50,931 bases of DNA from Bigelowiella natans CCMP2755 (lineage: Eukaryota; Protista; Cercozoa), in assembly GCA_000320545.1 (NCBI GenBank), contig ADNK01000145.1, positions 1 through 50,931 of the forward strand. Direction: 5' to 3'. Positions 1 to 13,037 of this stretch are shown piece after piece. How positions within the stretch are numbered: the stretch's first letter is position 1; every line of letters starts with the position of its first letter. Made by a program: the position numbers and the translations under genes. The notes below the pieces were generated by a model. That model ran no database searches and was not told the DNA's origin. It saw nothing but the letters and a program-made list of their open reading frames with translations.

Positions 1-103
1 GGGGGGGGGGGGCCATTGCCTTGTTAATAATCATTGAACTATATACATTAATATGATGCTCTTCTTCTTTTTTCGATGTTTCTCTTTATCTCTTCCTCCT
101 CAC

Positions 104-463
104 CAATTGTTTTGACATGACGTTTTTGAAGACTGAGGGCATTGCCACGGAACCCTCCCCATTCGGCCCCAGGGACGTTCAGCGCTTTCGCAAACTTCCA
201 CGGTATTATATCGAACCTGGGAGCGTAGAAGACGAGCAGAATAAGAATGAGAGAAGGGGAGAAGGAGGAGGAGGGGGGGGGGGGGGGAAGAAGAAGTATA
301 TCCGATCAACGATGATATGAGAGTTCTCACTCGGCAGCCAGATAAAAATCGCTCCGAAATTTTAAAGATGTGCAGAAAAAACTTCATCAGTAGTTTTCTC
401 TCGTTATAAGTAGTATATAAAATGAGGATACGGGGTCGCATACCAGGGCTGCTGCTACTTCTT

Positions 464-496
<33 letters not shown>

Positions 497-986
497 GAAT
501 TGAGCGTACTGGTCGTCGATAATCACGCATTCCTCCTGCCATTTAAAATGCCGGCCCCAGCAACCAACTTCCCTTAAAGACAAATCGCACGTTATATCGA
601 TAAATGATGACAATGATGATGAAGAAGAAGAGATGATGATGATGATGATGATGATTTTGGTGGTGATAACCAACGATGGCAACCATTCTCATGAACAGAG
701 GAGAACGATTGTCTTACAGACAAAATAGGCGTGTTAAGAAGAATTTATGCCAAAAATGCTTTTGTTCATTCCTGCAAGACTGTGTTTTCTGGCGTTCATT
801 TGAACGATAACACACATAATCCACTGTCTTGTGTGTTTGCGTCCATGTAGAAAGAGATACAGGCAGATGTTGTGCAAGAGTATAATTGTGCTAGAAGCGA
901 CCATGGTGCCGAGAAGGCGTGAGAGAAATGGAGGGAGCTTAGATTCCAGCGTGACGTGTAGCTAAAAGAGAAGTATAAAATATATA

Positions 987-1050
<64 letters not shown>

Positions 1051-1263
1051 TAGAGGAATATAAATAATTGAAAAGGGCGTCTGTGCGTGTAGTAAGTAGT
1101 GGCGGCACAGCAAAGTATTTTTAAAGACAATGTTAAAGTGGAGTGCACTTCTACCTAATGCCAGCCGCCCTCATACCTGAGGAGATGTGAAGAAGGGAGA
1201 GAAGAAGAATCGGTTAAGTGGGGGGCTAGTGATGCTTGGATGCACGTGACAACCCCACAAATA

Positions 1264-1341
<78 letters not shown>

Positions 1342-1545
1342 TCAACATTTGAAAGGCTACAAGTACATAGTCCCCACACACATCATTACGTCCGTAAACA
1401 CGGTCTGGCGTAAGTGTTCTTATATCAGGAACATCGGAGAAATACACCTAAAGGGGAAGGAGGAGGATGAGTGGAGGAGAAGGAACAAGAACAGGAGAAA
1501 GAAGAAGAAAAAGAAAAAGATGGAGAAGAAGAAAGGCTATCGTTC

Positions 1546-1585
<40 letters not shown>

Positions 1586-1923
1586 ACATATATATACCCA
1601 TCATCATCATTATTCATACTACTAAGTTCATTGTCTTGATCCACGATGACACTGTTACATCCCTTTCCCCCTCCTTTATACAGTCGATGTTTCTTTGGGA
1701 AAAGAATACTTTTTCATCATCCTACCAGATCTGGCCGCGTTTGGATGAGCCAATCAAAAGACATGCTGTGGTTTCGTGACCACTCCTCCAGCTATGAGAT
1801 AGGATGTTAGTGCATAATGTATCTTAGTATATACTGGAGTCAGGAAAGAGTAGTATATGCATAATGTATCGTCGCACACACTGGAGTCAGGAAAGAGTAG
1901 TATATACATCTCTAGTAATGCAA

Positions 1924-1955
<32 letters not shown>

Positions 1956-2547
1956 CGTGTGAATCTAAGCAGCAGTATTTATTTCCCCCTCTCTTCCCCC
2001 CCCCCCTCCCCTTCTCTCTCTATCTCTTCTACCCAATGACCTGCTCATGACACCACGCTTTGCGCCAGAATTGACGACGTCCAGGAAAGCTGTTGTATTG
2101 TATTGTGTAACACCATTGACGATGACGGCATCACCATCCTCATTATCTCTATTCATGGTGATGATAATGATAAACTTCATCTCTAACGGATGGCAACTAA
2201 CGAACGATTGTTGATGACGACGATCACACATGTTTGCGGCTTTTAAGTTTGTGAGTTTTCTTCACCCACAAGCAGGCACGCATACACGGTCTCACACGAC
2301 CACATGCACACAATAATAACCGATTATGGAAAAGCGTGATGTTAACTCGATCTCGAAGGTGCTCGTCCTCTGTAAGGAACTTCACCAGAGTCGTATCGGT
2401 GCAAAGAAACGCGTGTCTGAGGAGATAAGTAGCTTCTAAGCACTTCAACCATCATCAAAAAGAGCGTGATAAAATGACCATGACGAAATTGTTAATGGTC
2501 AAAGATATTGATGTGCCATGTCTTCTACAAATGTACTCGCACACACA

Positions 2548-2582
<35 letters not shown>

Positions 2583-2673
2583 ATACAATTGTGTTGTCTT
2601 CTGCAATGGAAGGAGGAGATGCTTCACCTGATGACAACACGATAATAATAACAATAATTTTTTTTACAAGCCT

Positions 2674-2716
<43 letters not shown>

Positions 2717-3039
2717 CAAAGTAGAGCTGAAATCTTGAAAGCATTTTTCATTTTTTCAAGAAGGAATGAATCGTACATATATTGTAGGTAAAAACAGTAG
2801 GTTTTCTTGTTGGACGGCATCATTCACAGGCACTACAGCAATGGTTGATGTGAAACGGTGTTAAGGACGAATAGCGTGCACCACATCTCACAGAGAGCAA
2901 AGACCAGCAAACACCCGTCATATCGTCCTCTCCTATCTAATTTCCTCCCCCCCCCCCCCGCTGTTTTGTTCCTTATTCAACCTACCACGGTTGCTCTCCC
3001 TTTCGGATCCAGAAAATAATTTAAGAAGCTGTGGGCGTC

Positions 3040-3074
<35 letters not shown>

Positions 3075-3220
3075 GTAAACATAATCAGCAACGCTGCTTC
3101 TGGCGTGTAGATATGAGAGGAAGCGGCTGCTGCTAGGAGGAGGAATTCATGTATATTCTGTGAAACCCACGGAAGCTCGAAACTCCAGCACGTTAATGCT
3201 CATTCTACTCACCCAATCAT
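104..3220 (-). CDS. Multi-exon hypothetical protein with a glycosyltransferase-like 'DWLIQTRPDL...IIDDH/Q' signature; the 3' end probably runs off the window and the 5' end is approximate
   Basis: Hand-splicing GT-AG exons on the minus strand gives LEEWSRNHSMSFDWLIQTRPDL|VYFSDVPDIRTLTPDRVYGR|MRAAGI|SYTSRWNLSSLHFSHAFSAPW|NEQKHFWHKFFLTRLFCL|EVGCWGRHFKWQEECVIIDD with consistent phases. The family assignment is inferred from the RPD and DD motifs. Confidence 0.5.
989..1338. repeat. Intronic compound dinucleotide microsatellites (TA)n(GA)n and (CA)n(TA)n
   Basis: Directly visible at about 989-1047 and 1266-1338; representative of dozens of SSRs in the window. Confidence 0.95.
1811..1904. repeat. 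47-bp tandem duplication (2 copies) inside an intron
   Basis: tgcataatgtatc[ttagtatata]ctggagtcaggaaagagtagtata is followed by tgcataatgtatc[gtcgcacaca]ctggagtcaggaaagagtagtata. Confidence 0.9.
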
Positions 3221-3499
3221 ATGCACCGCAACTCGGAGTTGTGCCGGTGCGTTTTCTGCCGCCGTTTTGAGAGCACGTGGCGAGGAAATTCTACTTTCGT
3301 GTTCCTCCCTACCGATTCTGAAGTGGCAGCGATACGGGAGAAAAGATTACGAAGAAGAAAGCAGGGGGCGCATCAGAATGAAATTTTGAGTGGGTTCATA
3401 AGGTGATAGAGTACTAGATCTATGGGAGATAAAACTAAGCACGCACGCTAAGAACGTCCGGACATCGTACTAAAGTCCGACGTGCAAGTTACCGATGAT

Positions 3500-5159
3500 C
3501 GTAATCATCCATCATTATCATTGGCGTACCCATTTGTTCCATTCGGAACTTCTTCTATGGCGGTGCTTCTTCTTCCACTATCGATGGATACCGATGGGAT
3601 GATGCCGTCCATTGATGCGTGTGAAAACACCTCCACCAGGCCCTGAGGAGGAGAAGAAGAATATATTATGTGATAGATCAAGCGAATCGAGCCGCTCGCA
3701 ACTCTGTCCTGCTGTTGAATGAGAGCTCATACCGATTCATCCTCGATGGAGCCCATGTGTATCGCAGAAATCGTAACTCCCACAATCAGGAAAATGGAAA
3801 CCTGTACATACATGCTTGTTATGTGTCACTCGGCGACAACAGGGCCTGCTGCTCACATCGACGAGATGTGCTGTGTGAATCGAGAATTTGTAGAGCAACT
3901 CTAGATGAGGAAAAACCTGCTTTCCCGATATCCATCCCGTTTCTGATCTGCTCGTAGCTCTACCACTTGCAGAACCCGTCGTGGTCACTTCCGATTCGTC
4001 CACCGTCGACTCAACGGCGATCATGCCTTTGGTTTCTACGCTGTCTTGCTCTGCAATGACATGCATTGGAAGAAAATGTTACTCTAAAAGATTCATTGAT
4101 TGAACAAATTGCATCGGCCACGATGATGCATAAGCTGCTCATAGGTGGTCGCGAGTAACCTGATTGTGCATCGTCAGCACTCGCGATGCTCGGTGCATCA
4201 GGTTTTGATGAAGAAGAAGAAGAAGAAGAAGAAGAAGAAGAAGAATGCTTGGCAGAACGTGTCCTAGCGAGGGGAAGCGAAGGTGCTGCTGCCAGTAGTT
4301 TTTCAAGCATACCGCTGAGAGGTTGGATGGAAGGCGTCGTCCCCGCTCACACCTGTAATGAAGGGGAGGAGGGACGACGATGACGGATGAGGAGAAACTG
4401 TTCCAATGTGTTGCGAGACTATGACAATAATTCATCGGTAAAATAACCTAAAAAAGGATACAGACCTGGAAGCGTTTCAATCATGCGACCAAGTAACAAA
4501 CTAACTAACGCATGTCTCTCAAAGTCGGTGAATTTCGGAGGAGAACCGACACTAGCCCTTACGATCATGTGAATATAGACGATTTTGTATGCGCGACATA
4601 CAATATCCGAGTGACGGATTTACTCGTAACTGCGACTGACGAAGGAGGAGAAGCTATAAGCAGTGTGGTTGTTTTTATTTTCTTGGGGGGACAAGGAAAG
4701 GAGGCAGCGCCCCGTTGCTCAGTATTGATGAGCTCCTAGGAGGCTTGTGATAATGGAAATGAGTGTTATTTCTTCCAAAGATTGGCAAGAGGATGATAAC
4801 GCTGATATGATGGTGGTGAGAAGAAATGTTGATAGATGCATGTAGTATGTCCTGCTCATACATATCTTTCATCGTTTGTCCTAGGACCCTATAAAGCCAT
4901 TTGAAGGGAAAGACACAGTAAGAAGGAGTTCAAATCAGAATAATTTTCAATGCAATATTTTCTTCAAGTCTCTGAAAGCATAAATCGCTCTTACCGTTTC
5001 ATCTTAATTACATGCTTTGATTTCTATCGTCGTATCAGCGGCAGCGAATTGGCAGCGAAATCTCTGGCATGTCCCTAGTTTCACTTACATTACCAATGTA
5101 AAGAGATCCTGCTCTCATATATGCACATTTATCCATCCTTTTATGTGGCAATAAAGACA

Positions 5160-5194
<35 letters not shown>

Positions 5195-5600
5195 TTGATT
5201 GGAATGTGGTACTGCTGCCTTTACGAAGGGCGACCCAAAAGCGAAGGGATTCTCTGGGGAAAAAAAAAGGATGCTGCTGCTGCGATGTAAGCTTGCCATG
5301 CCATTCACTTTTGTTTCCTTTAATACTTCCTTCCCGAGTTGTACGTTATAGAGCTTGATGATCACTCACTTATGTTGTCATCGTTGCATGTGTGAGGCTG
5401 ACAAAACACTTATGAATTCCAGGAAGTTGAATGTTGTGAGCATGAGGCATGCGAGAGACTATGTCGGATGTTGATTTGCCACGATTGCTGGCACCGATTT
5501 TCAATGCAACCGAATCATCCACCCCATATCAAGAGACGGATGAGCAAAGAAACCAGGTGCTGCTGCTGCCCAAAACACCCGCTTGTTCTCACAGCATTAT
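3500..5600 (-). CDS. Probable multi-exon hypothetical protein with a Ser-rich low-complexity region; boundaries approximate
   Basis: Exon-like segments are flanked by AG/GT: LYNVQLGKEVLKETK, DLFTL|KSKHVIKMKR|TNDERY, LASVGSPPKFTDFERH, plus parts of ORFs 4011-4310 and 3737-4066. No family recognised and phases only partly resolved. Confidence 0.35.
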
Positions 5601-5754
5601 AGAACTAATTCAATCCAAACTGTAGTAATATTTTCTTTGGTGTTCAACGGCAGCAGTTTGCTAAGTATTCAATACATCTGAACATGCAGATTTGAGGACG
5701 ATAAGTTCAAGTTTCTTCTAGATTTGCTTAAGATACGAAAATATTGGCCAAAAA

Positions 5755-8015
5755 ATGAGGGGGAAGAAGGTGATGAAGAGCACGATTGGAATTGCTGTGG
5801 ATACCACTGGCCTGGTAAGTAAGCATCTATTTGCGCGATTTTTAAATTGCTTTTTTGAAACTAAATCTTAGGATGTGTGTGTTGTGTGTTGTGTGTGTGT
5901 GTGTGTGTGTGTGTGTACCAAGTCACTTCTTGTCTCTTTGCCTAAAATAACTTCCCCCCCCCCCGGAAAAAACCAATCATAACAGTTAGTAAGTGGTTTC
6001 ACTCTATCGGCGCTCCAAAAGGGGTAAGAAACATGATGAAAACATTATAGCTATGATTGTCCATCAAGACCAGAGGACTTTGTGTAAATACTAATCCTCC
6101 TCCTCCTCTTTTCCCCCTATGCATTTTATACTAATCTATCAGTGGCTGGACGACTACATGTTCTTCTTTTACAACAACCATCCTCTCTTTTCAATCTTTT
6201 ATAGCGAGGAATTGCATCCATTCGGCCGGTATTGCATCCGAAAAAATATATCGAGACTAAAATTACAAACTATCGTCGTAATATTGGGAAATATATACAT
6301 ATTTATATAAGATTGAATATATGTATTTGTATTTGTATTTACACATGTCCTATATTCAAAACGAACAGTTTTAAGATGGTGTATGTGTCAAGTGTAGTGT
6401 CGGCGTATTCTCATCATTAATTGAAACACCATTCATATTCATAATGCTCAGATACAAGCGGATGATAAGCGAGTTTGTGGTAATAACAGCAATGATGTCA
6501 CATAGCAATGATGCCCGATGATCATGGATAGCAATTCGCTCGAGACCAATTGAAGTAGATTATGGAGGGAAATCGTACTAATGATGTCTTTTGCTCTTCT
6601 TCTTCTTCCTCTTCTTCTTCTTCCACTTCTTCTTCTTCTTCTTCCCTATGTAGGTGCAATGCTGGTGTTTCTTTGCTGCGGTAAGAACGCAATAAGTCTA
6701 ATGCTGGTTTCACTCTCCTTTAAAAATCGTAATATGAATCTGTTTCCTCCTCTCCCTCTCTTTTTTTTCTCCTTGTTCGATTACTGTGCATAGGTTTACC
6801 TGGACATGATATTGTATCCATATCTTGATAAGGAGGTCGTTGTTGTTGTAGTAGTTGTCTTTCATATCGACAGAATATTAAGATGAATAATGCACACACA
6901 TATAAATATAGAATGAATGCTGGCATCTGGTCAGAATTCGTACCAAAAATATTATCTGTGTATGTGTACTTATATTTACATGTGTGTCTCTCTGTGTGTG
7001 TGTTTTATGTGTGTTTAGGTTTACCCAAAGAACAATCTGAACTTCTACTTCTTCGATAAGTACTAGCAGCTTGCAATGAGCGCGTCACTACGAACACACA
7101 GCAGCATTGACACGAAGAAGTAGCGTTTGAGCTACCAACGATTATCACACCAGCCTGCAGTTATTATCAGAGGCAAAAACGTGTCTTTCAGCCATGCAAT
7201 TACTGAGATCGTCTTTTTGTGCTGTTTCCCATCACACATACATTAGGTTCATTTTTGGCCTTGCATTCATCACGGGTCCAGCTGCTGTAATCTGGCTAAG
7301 TATCTATGGGTTAATAGCGTGCCCCTGTCTGCATTATCGATCCAAGTCAAGATGTCAGCACTGGTATGGATATGCTGGTCATGATAACGATGATGGATGA
7401 TGACGATGATGGTGATATGTGACCTACCGCGCGCATGGTTGAAATTTTCGCACTACCCGAGATGATTAATTCAGTAGTTTCAAAGGCTGAATGATGATTT
7501 GTTGTTGCTGTACTAGGTGCAAGTTCTGGGGGAAAAAATGCGGCAAGCTGTGGACGTATATCGGGTTTCTTCTACCATGCGGGTAGACATTCACTACAGT
7601 GTGAAAACGACGCAATTGTACTTATTGTTACCGTCGTTACCTCTTCGAGCCGTGATTATGCGTTGTTCCAGTGTCTTGTCTTTCATATCCATAAGTAGTA
7701 AATTGTAGCACAGTGATTTGTACGCGATCATCCTCAGCTTGCTTCTCTATCTCGGATTCGCGGTTCTTGTGGAGAGATGGAGTAATATACTAATCAATTC
7801 TGCACCGCCCTCCTTCTTCCCACTTCCACATTGCTCTTCTCTGACTCTGTGCCGTTGATGATGCTATGGTCTAAAATGATAACGGCGTGTGATTATAGCT
7901 ACTTCGTCCCCACCCTCCCTCTAATTTTTTTTGTCTAATTTTTTGCAGATACGAGCACGCGGTATCATACATTGTGGTTGCTTAACTGGGCACTATTCCG
8001 GATCATTGGGTACTA

Positions 8016-8047
<32 letters not shown>

Positions 8048-8587
8048 AATTTTGATATCGAAGGCATTGACAACAGAAAGAAGTAGCAACCAACGACTGA
8101 TGGGTGTTGATTTGTGCATGTCCTGCATCTGCCTTCTCCGCTCCAGCAACCTACTATTTCTGCTGCTGCCGTACTGGTTGTATATATGACATATCCACGT
8201 ATTCCTTTAGATATATCTCCTGGGTGATAAGGACGATGCTTACGATTATGAATTGGAAGTAATAAGAAAGACGCACATGATGCCTGAGTTCATTTCTATG
8301 GTGGGGTGTGAGAAGAGACGTGCGGCAGCGGCAGTGTGTACATCGTGTAAAGAAGACTCTGGCTTTCAAATCCATTCTCCTCTTTACGTACTAGTAGTAT
8401 CTTGCTAGTATTATACACGTTCGTCGTGTCCATAATTTATTTATTACTTTATATGACTTGACTGAAGGTATCAATACTCCATGTGTTGCTGCTACTGCGT
8501 TGGCCAGTGGAGGGTAGGAAACAAAAATGATGCCCTGAATTCGATAAGGCTCATATTTTAGCATAATCTTTTGTTCTTTGTTTTCAC

Positions 8588-8621
<34 letters not shown>

Positions 8622-10277
8622 GTTTAACGCCTACCGGCCTATCTTCCACAGGCGGAAAGGGATCTTGACATGTCCCCCACTGACTACTGGAGGGTATGAT
8701 AATGATGATGATGATGACGCGAAAGAATGTAGATAATATGCCGACAAAAAGACGGATGATGATCACGACGATGAAGATGATTGTCACATTCTTACAGTTT
8801 GAGCGAAAATCTTGCTGGCAAGTAAATGTAGGCATGATCTCCTTCATAGCATCCTCGCCCTTATCTTTCTCATCATTTCCTCCTCTATTCATGGTGTTCT
8901 TAGTCTCTTTTCGTTCTTTTTGTTACTTCCTCAGATTGTGGGGCCCGGCATGTGTCTGTGTTGTGGATGTTGCGATCGATACCCTCCGAGTATAGACACG
9001 TTTTCTTCACTCATGGTATAGTATGGAACCATGCACGTGCGAAATGGATGAAGATATAAAGCGAAGATCGATGAATGACAGTTTGGGCCTTCTTCACGAC
9101 TTCTCCCGATGGCGTTGCCGTAGAAGAAGAAGAAGAAGAAGAAGAAGAAAGAGAAGAAGAAAGAGAAGAAGCATGCTAAAAGTGCTGACAAATTGTTCAT
9201 TTGTTTTAGAATGAAAACGAGAATGGCTTCGATATGAAAGAGATGGTACCTGTAGAAGAAAAGTTTCATCTCTGGTGAGTGTAAGTGCAAAATCAAAAGG
9301 GGTGATGATGATGATAAAATCGATACGACTTTGTGGAAAAAACACGGCAAACATGAATTATTTATATATATATGTATGTACTCCTTTACATGGTGGCAAT
9401 TTGGTGAGAGATGGTGCATGGTTAAAATCTTAGCTTCGAGGATTCAGACGAGGAGCCCGACGAAGAATACCTTTCCAATCGTCGGATGAATATTGAGCTG
9501 TTTAACGAGAGCAATATAGATCACCGAGATGGCAACAGCAGCAGCGATGGGGAAGAAAAGAGTAGAAGTTCCAGGTCAAATACGAATCAAACGTTGCAGA
9601 TCCCTGGATCTGATATTCCTGGCGGACTAGGGGGTAAATGTTCACACACACGCACACAAACTGCTGCATGCATAAGAAGACAACTCACATATAAATTTAC
9701 AATCTCTTCAATGCTATGCCTCGGTAAGGACACTTAGAATTTAAACAGCGGTATGTCAAATTTGATATTGTTGTGTTTCTTCTTCTTCTTGGATGATGAA
9801 TGAATATTAGCAGCTGAACCGCGCTCCACTCTTCGCCGACAACATGGAACCCGCAACGTACGTCGGCAGTCCTTCGTGAAGCACTCTGTCCGGTTAAGCG
9901 TCCCTCGTTCCTACTACCAAAACATTCTCCGTGCCTCAAACTCCAGCAGTTTTGCCTCAGGAGGATCATCCTCCTCTTTCTCTCGGCGTTCTTCCCGCTC
10001 TCGCTCCAGCTCCAAACGCCCGCCCTCAGCGTTAGTTATCAATAATCCCGTGGCTGGTCTCGATAACGAACGAAGAACGACAAACTGCTCAAGTAACAGC
10101 AGAGCCAGCGGCGCTATCCCACCCTTGCATGAATTCAGGATGCCTGCGCCAGTGAAGCGCTTTGTCGTTGAACAACCTTTGGATCATGATTCGAAGGCAG
10201 CACACTCAAATGAAGAAATCCAGGGCTCAATGAATAAGAAGCTTAGTATAGTTGCCGAGGAATCAGAGATTCAATAG
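5755..10277 (+). CDS. Multi-exon (about 20) multi-pass membrane protein of unknown function, with an 'NNHPLFSIF...HPF' motif, Cys-rich segments and a Ser/Arg-rich tail
   Basis: Spliced reading: MRGKKVMKSTIGIAVDTTGL|LVSGFTLSALQK..|WLDDYMFFFYNNHPLFSIFYSEELHPFGR|YKRMISEFV|VQCWCFFAA|VYLDMILYPYLDKE|..FIFGLAFITGPAAVIWLSIYGLIACPCLHY..|CKFWGKKCGKLWTYIGFLLPCG|LLLYLGFAVLVERW..|YQYSMCCCYCVGQWR|.. The last exon is within ORF 9876-10277. Confidence 0.65.
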
Positions 10278-11025
10278 CTGGAGCTAGAGGATGAATAATG
10301 CACATGTGAAATGTACGGTCTCGGGCAAACAATTCATTGTCATTTTATTAAATCGTTGGCAGGGTGACAACGTTCCATCATACCCTCGCATCGAATGTGA
10401 TGTCACCTAGAAGGGAACATGAGATGCAATTTATGATATGGCGGTTTTCCCGTTTATTCGTGCAAATTAAGGATACATATTTTACAAGTAGTATGTGCTA
10501 TAGCTTGCAGGTCTGTAGGTCTTATTTCTTTATATGAGGATTTGCACGCCACAGAACGCCACATCTCTTGACAGTTATTATTTGCTCTGATGATGGGACT
10601 CTATACTATAGATACGTAAGTCTATTGTCTCTGGTCTATGTGACCGTACGTAGCTTGTCATCTTGTCATGCATGCATGCTGCAAGCACACTGTATAACTG
10701 CGCAGATGGAGGCCGGGTACTATAGTACAGCGAGCCCTATTCCCGCTATTCCTTTCGATAGGAGAAATTAAGCAAAAAAGTGCTCGCTACTATACACTGA
10801 TGCTAGCAGAGGCATTGAAATTATAAATGCATCTTTATTGCCTGCGCACGTGTACTAACATTTGACTGCCTACGTTCATTGAATGAATTTGTTAATAAAG
10901 ACTGGCATTGTACGCATTATACGTATTAGCGTATTAGTACTACCGCTATGCTAGCTAAGATGCATATATAGCAATATGCGACTTGGTAACGAATTCAAAG
11001 TGCAGTAATATGTTCAATTCTTGCA

Positions 11026-12078
11026 TCAAAAACTATTTCTTAGGTTGTTTCGACATGAAGCTGCTGCCTGTGACGCTGGGGAGGAAAATGAGCAATGAAC
11101 CCCGAACTGGTCCGGAGTAACAGGCTTCCCAGTCTGCATGATGATGGAACAAAATAAAAATATCTCAGCTTGTATGTGATATACCTCAAATGCTTCTGTT
11201 TGTATTGTACGGCAAGATTTTTTGGTACTTCGAGGAAGAATTTGACGCCGCTCAACACCGAATTGAAATAATCCCTCGACCCATCGTAGAACGACTGAGC
11301 AATGAAGTCTTTTTGTAAAGCCTCGAAGCCCCTTCCCTGTTCTGGAGTCTAAGATTTTGTAGATATTACACGAAACGTTTATTCCTCCAATGCAATTATC
11401 TAGATTTGCACACTGAAAATTGGATACTACCACAAGCATAGTTGATACTCGAAGGACTGTCTTAGGTGAGTCGTCGTTGCCAACGTCATCATCGTAGATG
11501 TCAGGGTCAGGTGTTACTATTTTCCAAGAAACGCTGGCAAATGGTAGATTTCTTTTGACGCGTATAGTGCCACCCGAAAAAAACGGCCCGACATCGAACA
11601 GAATCTCCTCGCCAGGAATTCTGCGGAGATCGGACGCAAATGGAAGATATCAGCGGTGATAATGTAAATAATGTTAATGGAGATTCAACCCTTGTATTCA
11701 ATAATCTTTTGTTTCATTCACGTTCTGGAAGACAAAGACAGCTCTCATTACCTTCTCCGAATCCATCGCGTGTATTTTTGCCCAGCTCTGTAAAGGAGAG
11801 CGTCCCAAGGCTTTTTCTTCTTCTTCTTCTTCTTCTTCTTCTTCTTCCTATCTGAGGGTGGCGATTGAAATGCTGCGTCGGTTCCACCGATAGCCTTGCC
11901 AATTGACAACATCGTGATTAGATCCAACAAAATAGCGACAGATGCACACTTCCTTACCTTTGAACTCTTCACGAAGGGATGCCACTTCATATTCTACATA
12001 AACAACATGTAGGGATGAGATGAAACTCTCTTTCTCTCTCGCACATGCATACAGCATAATCAACACCTACACAACATG

Positions 12079-12117
<39 letters not shown>

Positions 12118-12488
12118 CCCGGGAGTATTTATCAAATTCCAAACGCGGCTTCTTGAGGAATTTATTGTCACTGACATGCACACCTAAGCAAATGATCACA
12201 CTGTGAGTAACTGAGAGGAATCCGTGTATATGCTGCTTCTAGTACAGTAAAGGCTCCATATTTCATGATCTGACACCTTGTGATGAGGAACAACACCCAG
12301 GCTCTTATAGATGGTCTGGTCAATTTTGGCCGCTCGTTCATCAACTTTACACTCTATTGCATGCCCACTTGTACTAAAGAATTCACAGCTTCCGTCTTCA
12401 TATGTATCCCCCCACCGTCAAAGCCAAAAAGATAATTTAAATGAATATTAACGCTGTGCGTAGGTAGGCGTGTGGTATTTATAGATAT

Positions 12489-12531
<43 letters not shown>

Positions 12532-12702
12532 AAGCGCAAGACATCTTGGAAGACCTGCGCTGTCGTCATCTGCTGCTGTTGATATGTAGGTAGCAGAATG
12601 GTGACCATCAGGAGATGCAACAAGGTAATCGCAGGAACCCAATGCCAGTATAGTCGCCATTAGAGCCTTCAAATGGCTGCTGCTGCCACCAGCAACAAGC
12701 AT
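11026..12702 (-). CDS. SRPBCC/START-like (polyketide cyclase/dehydrase and lipid-transport family) protein with an N-terminal extension; multi-exon
   Basis: Spliced reading: TINSSRSRVWNLINTPG|NMKWHPFVKSSK|AIGGTDAAF..K12..PWDALLYRAGQKYTRWIRR|RIPGEEILFDVGPFF..VSWKIVTPD..KTVLR..DYFNSVLSGVKFFLE|TGKPVTPDQFGVHCSFSS. This fits the SRPBCC pattern 'tInap.e.VW.li....n...WhP.v.ss' and the C-terminal helix 'l.glK..lEtG'. Confidence 0.65.
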
Positions 12703-13037
12703 ACGGGTAGGGGGTAGCCCTCAGTGAACAAATCAGTCTTGGCTGGTGTAAGTCGACATTTAAATGCGTAAAATATGGATAAAATGGCCTGCAATTTATG
12801 TCTAGTTTTTGAGGATAAGAAAGGTACGAACTACGAGTAGAAAGGTGGCAACAAAGATGTTAAGGCATCTTCGTTGTTGGAATCTAGTGCTGTTTTATCC
12901 CTGCGACAAGTAAATAATACTGATCGGATTCTGGGAACCAATTGGAATGTTAGGGGGAAAGTAACTGCCGGAGGTAAAAATTCATCTAGATCTACCCTCC
13001 TCTCACGCACGATCACTGAGTCTTGAATGACTTTCCT

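Noticed and set aside
1349-1779. ORFs with YIYIYI, poly-K/E, HTHT, LSLS or CVCV runs, here and throughout the window
   Set aside because: These are translations of intronic microsatellites.
2224-2448. PX-domain-like 'LLRHAFLCTDTTLVKFL'
   Set aside because: The resemblance is short, the neighbouring exons do not build a PX domain, and the reading frame is ambiguous.
5290-8830. Possible GC-AG introns (around 5298, 7542 and 8818)
   Set aside because: Nearby canonical GT donors are available, and they give in-phase splicing where I could check.
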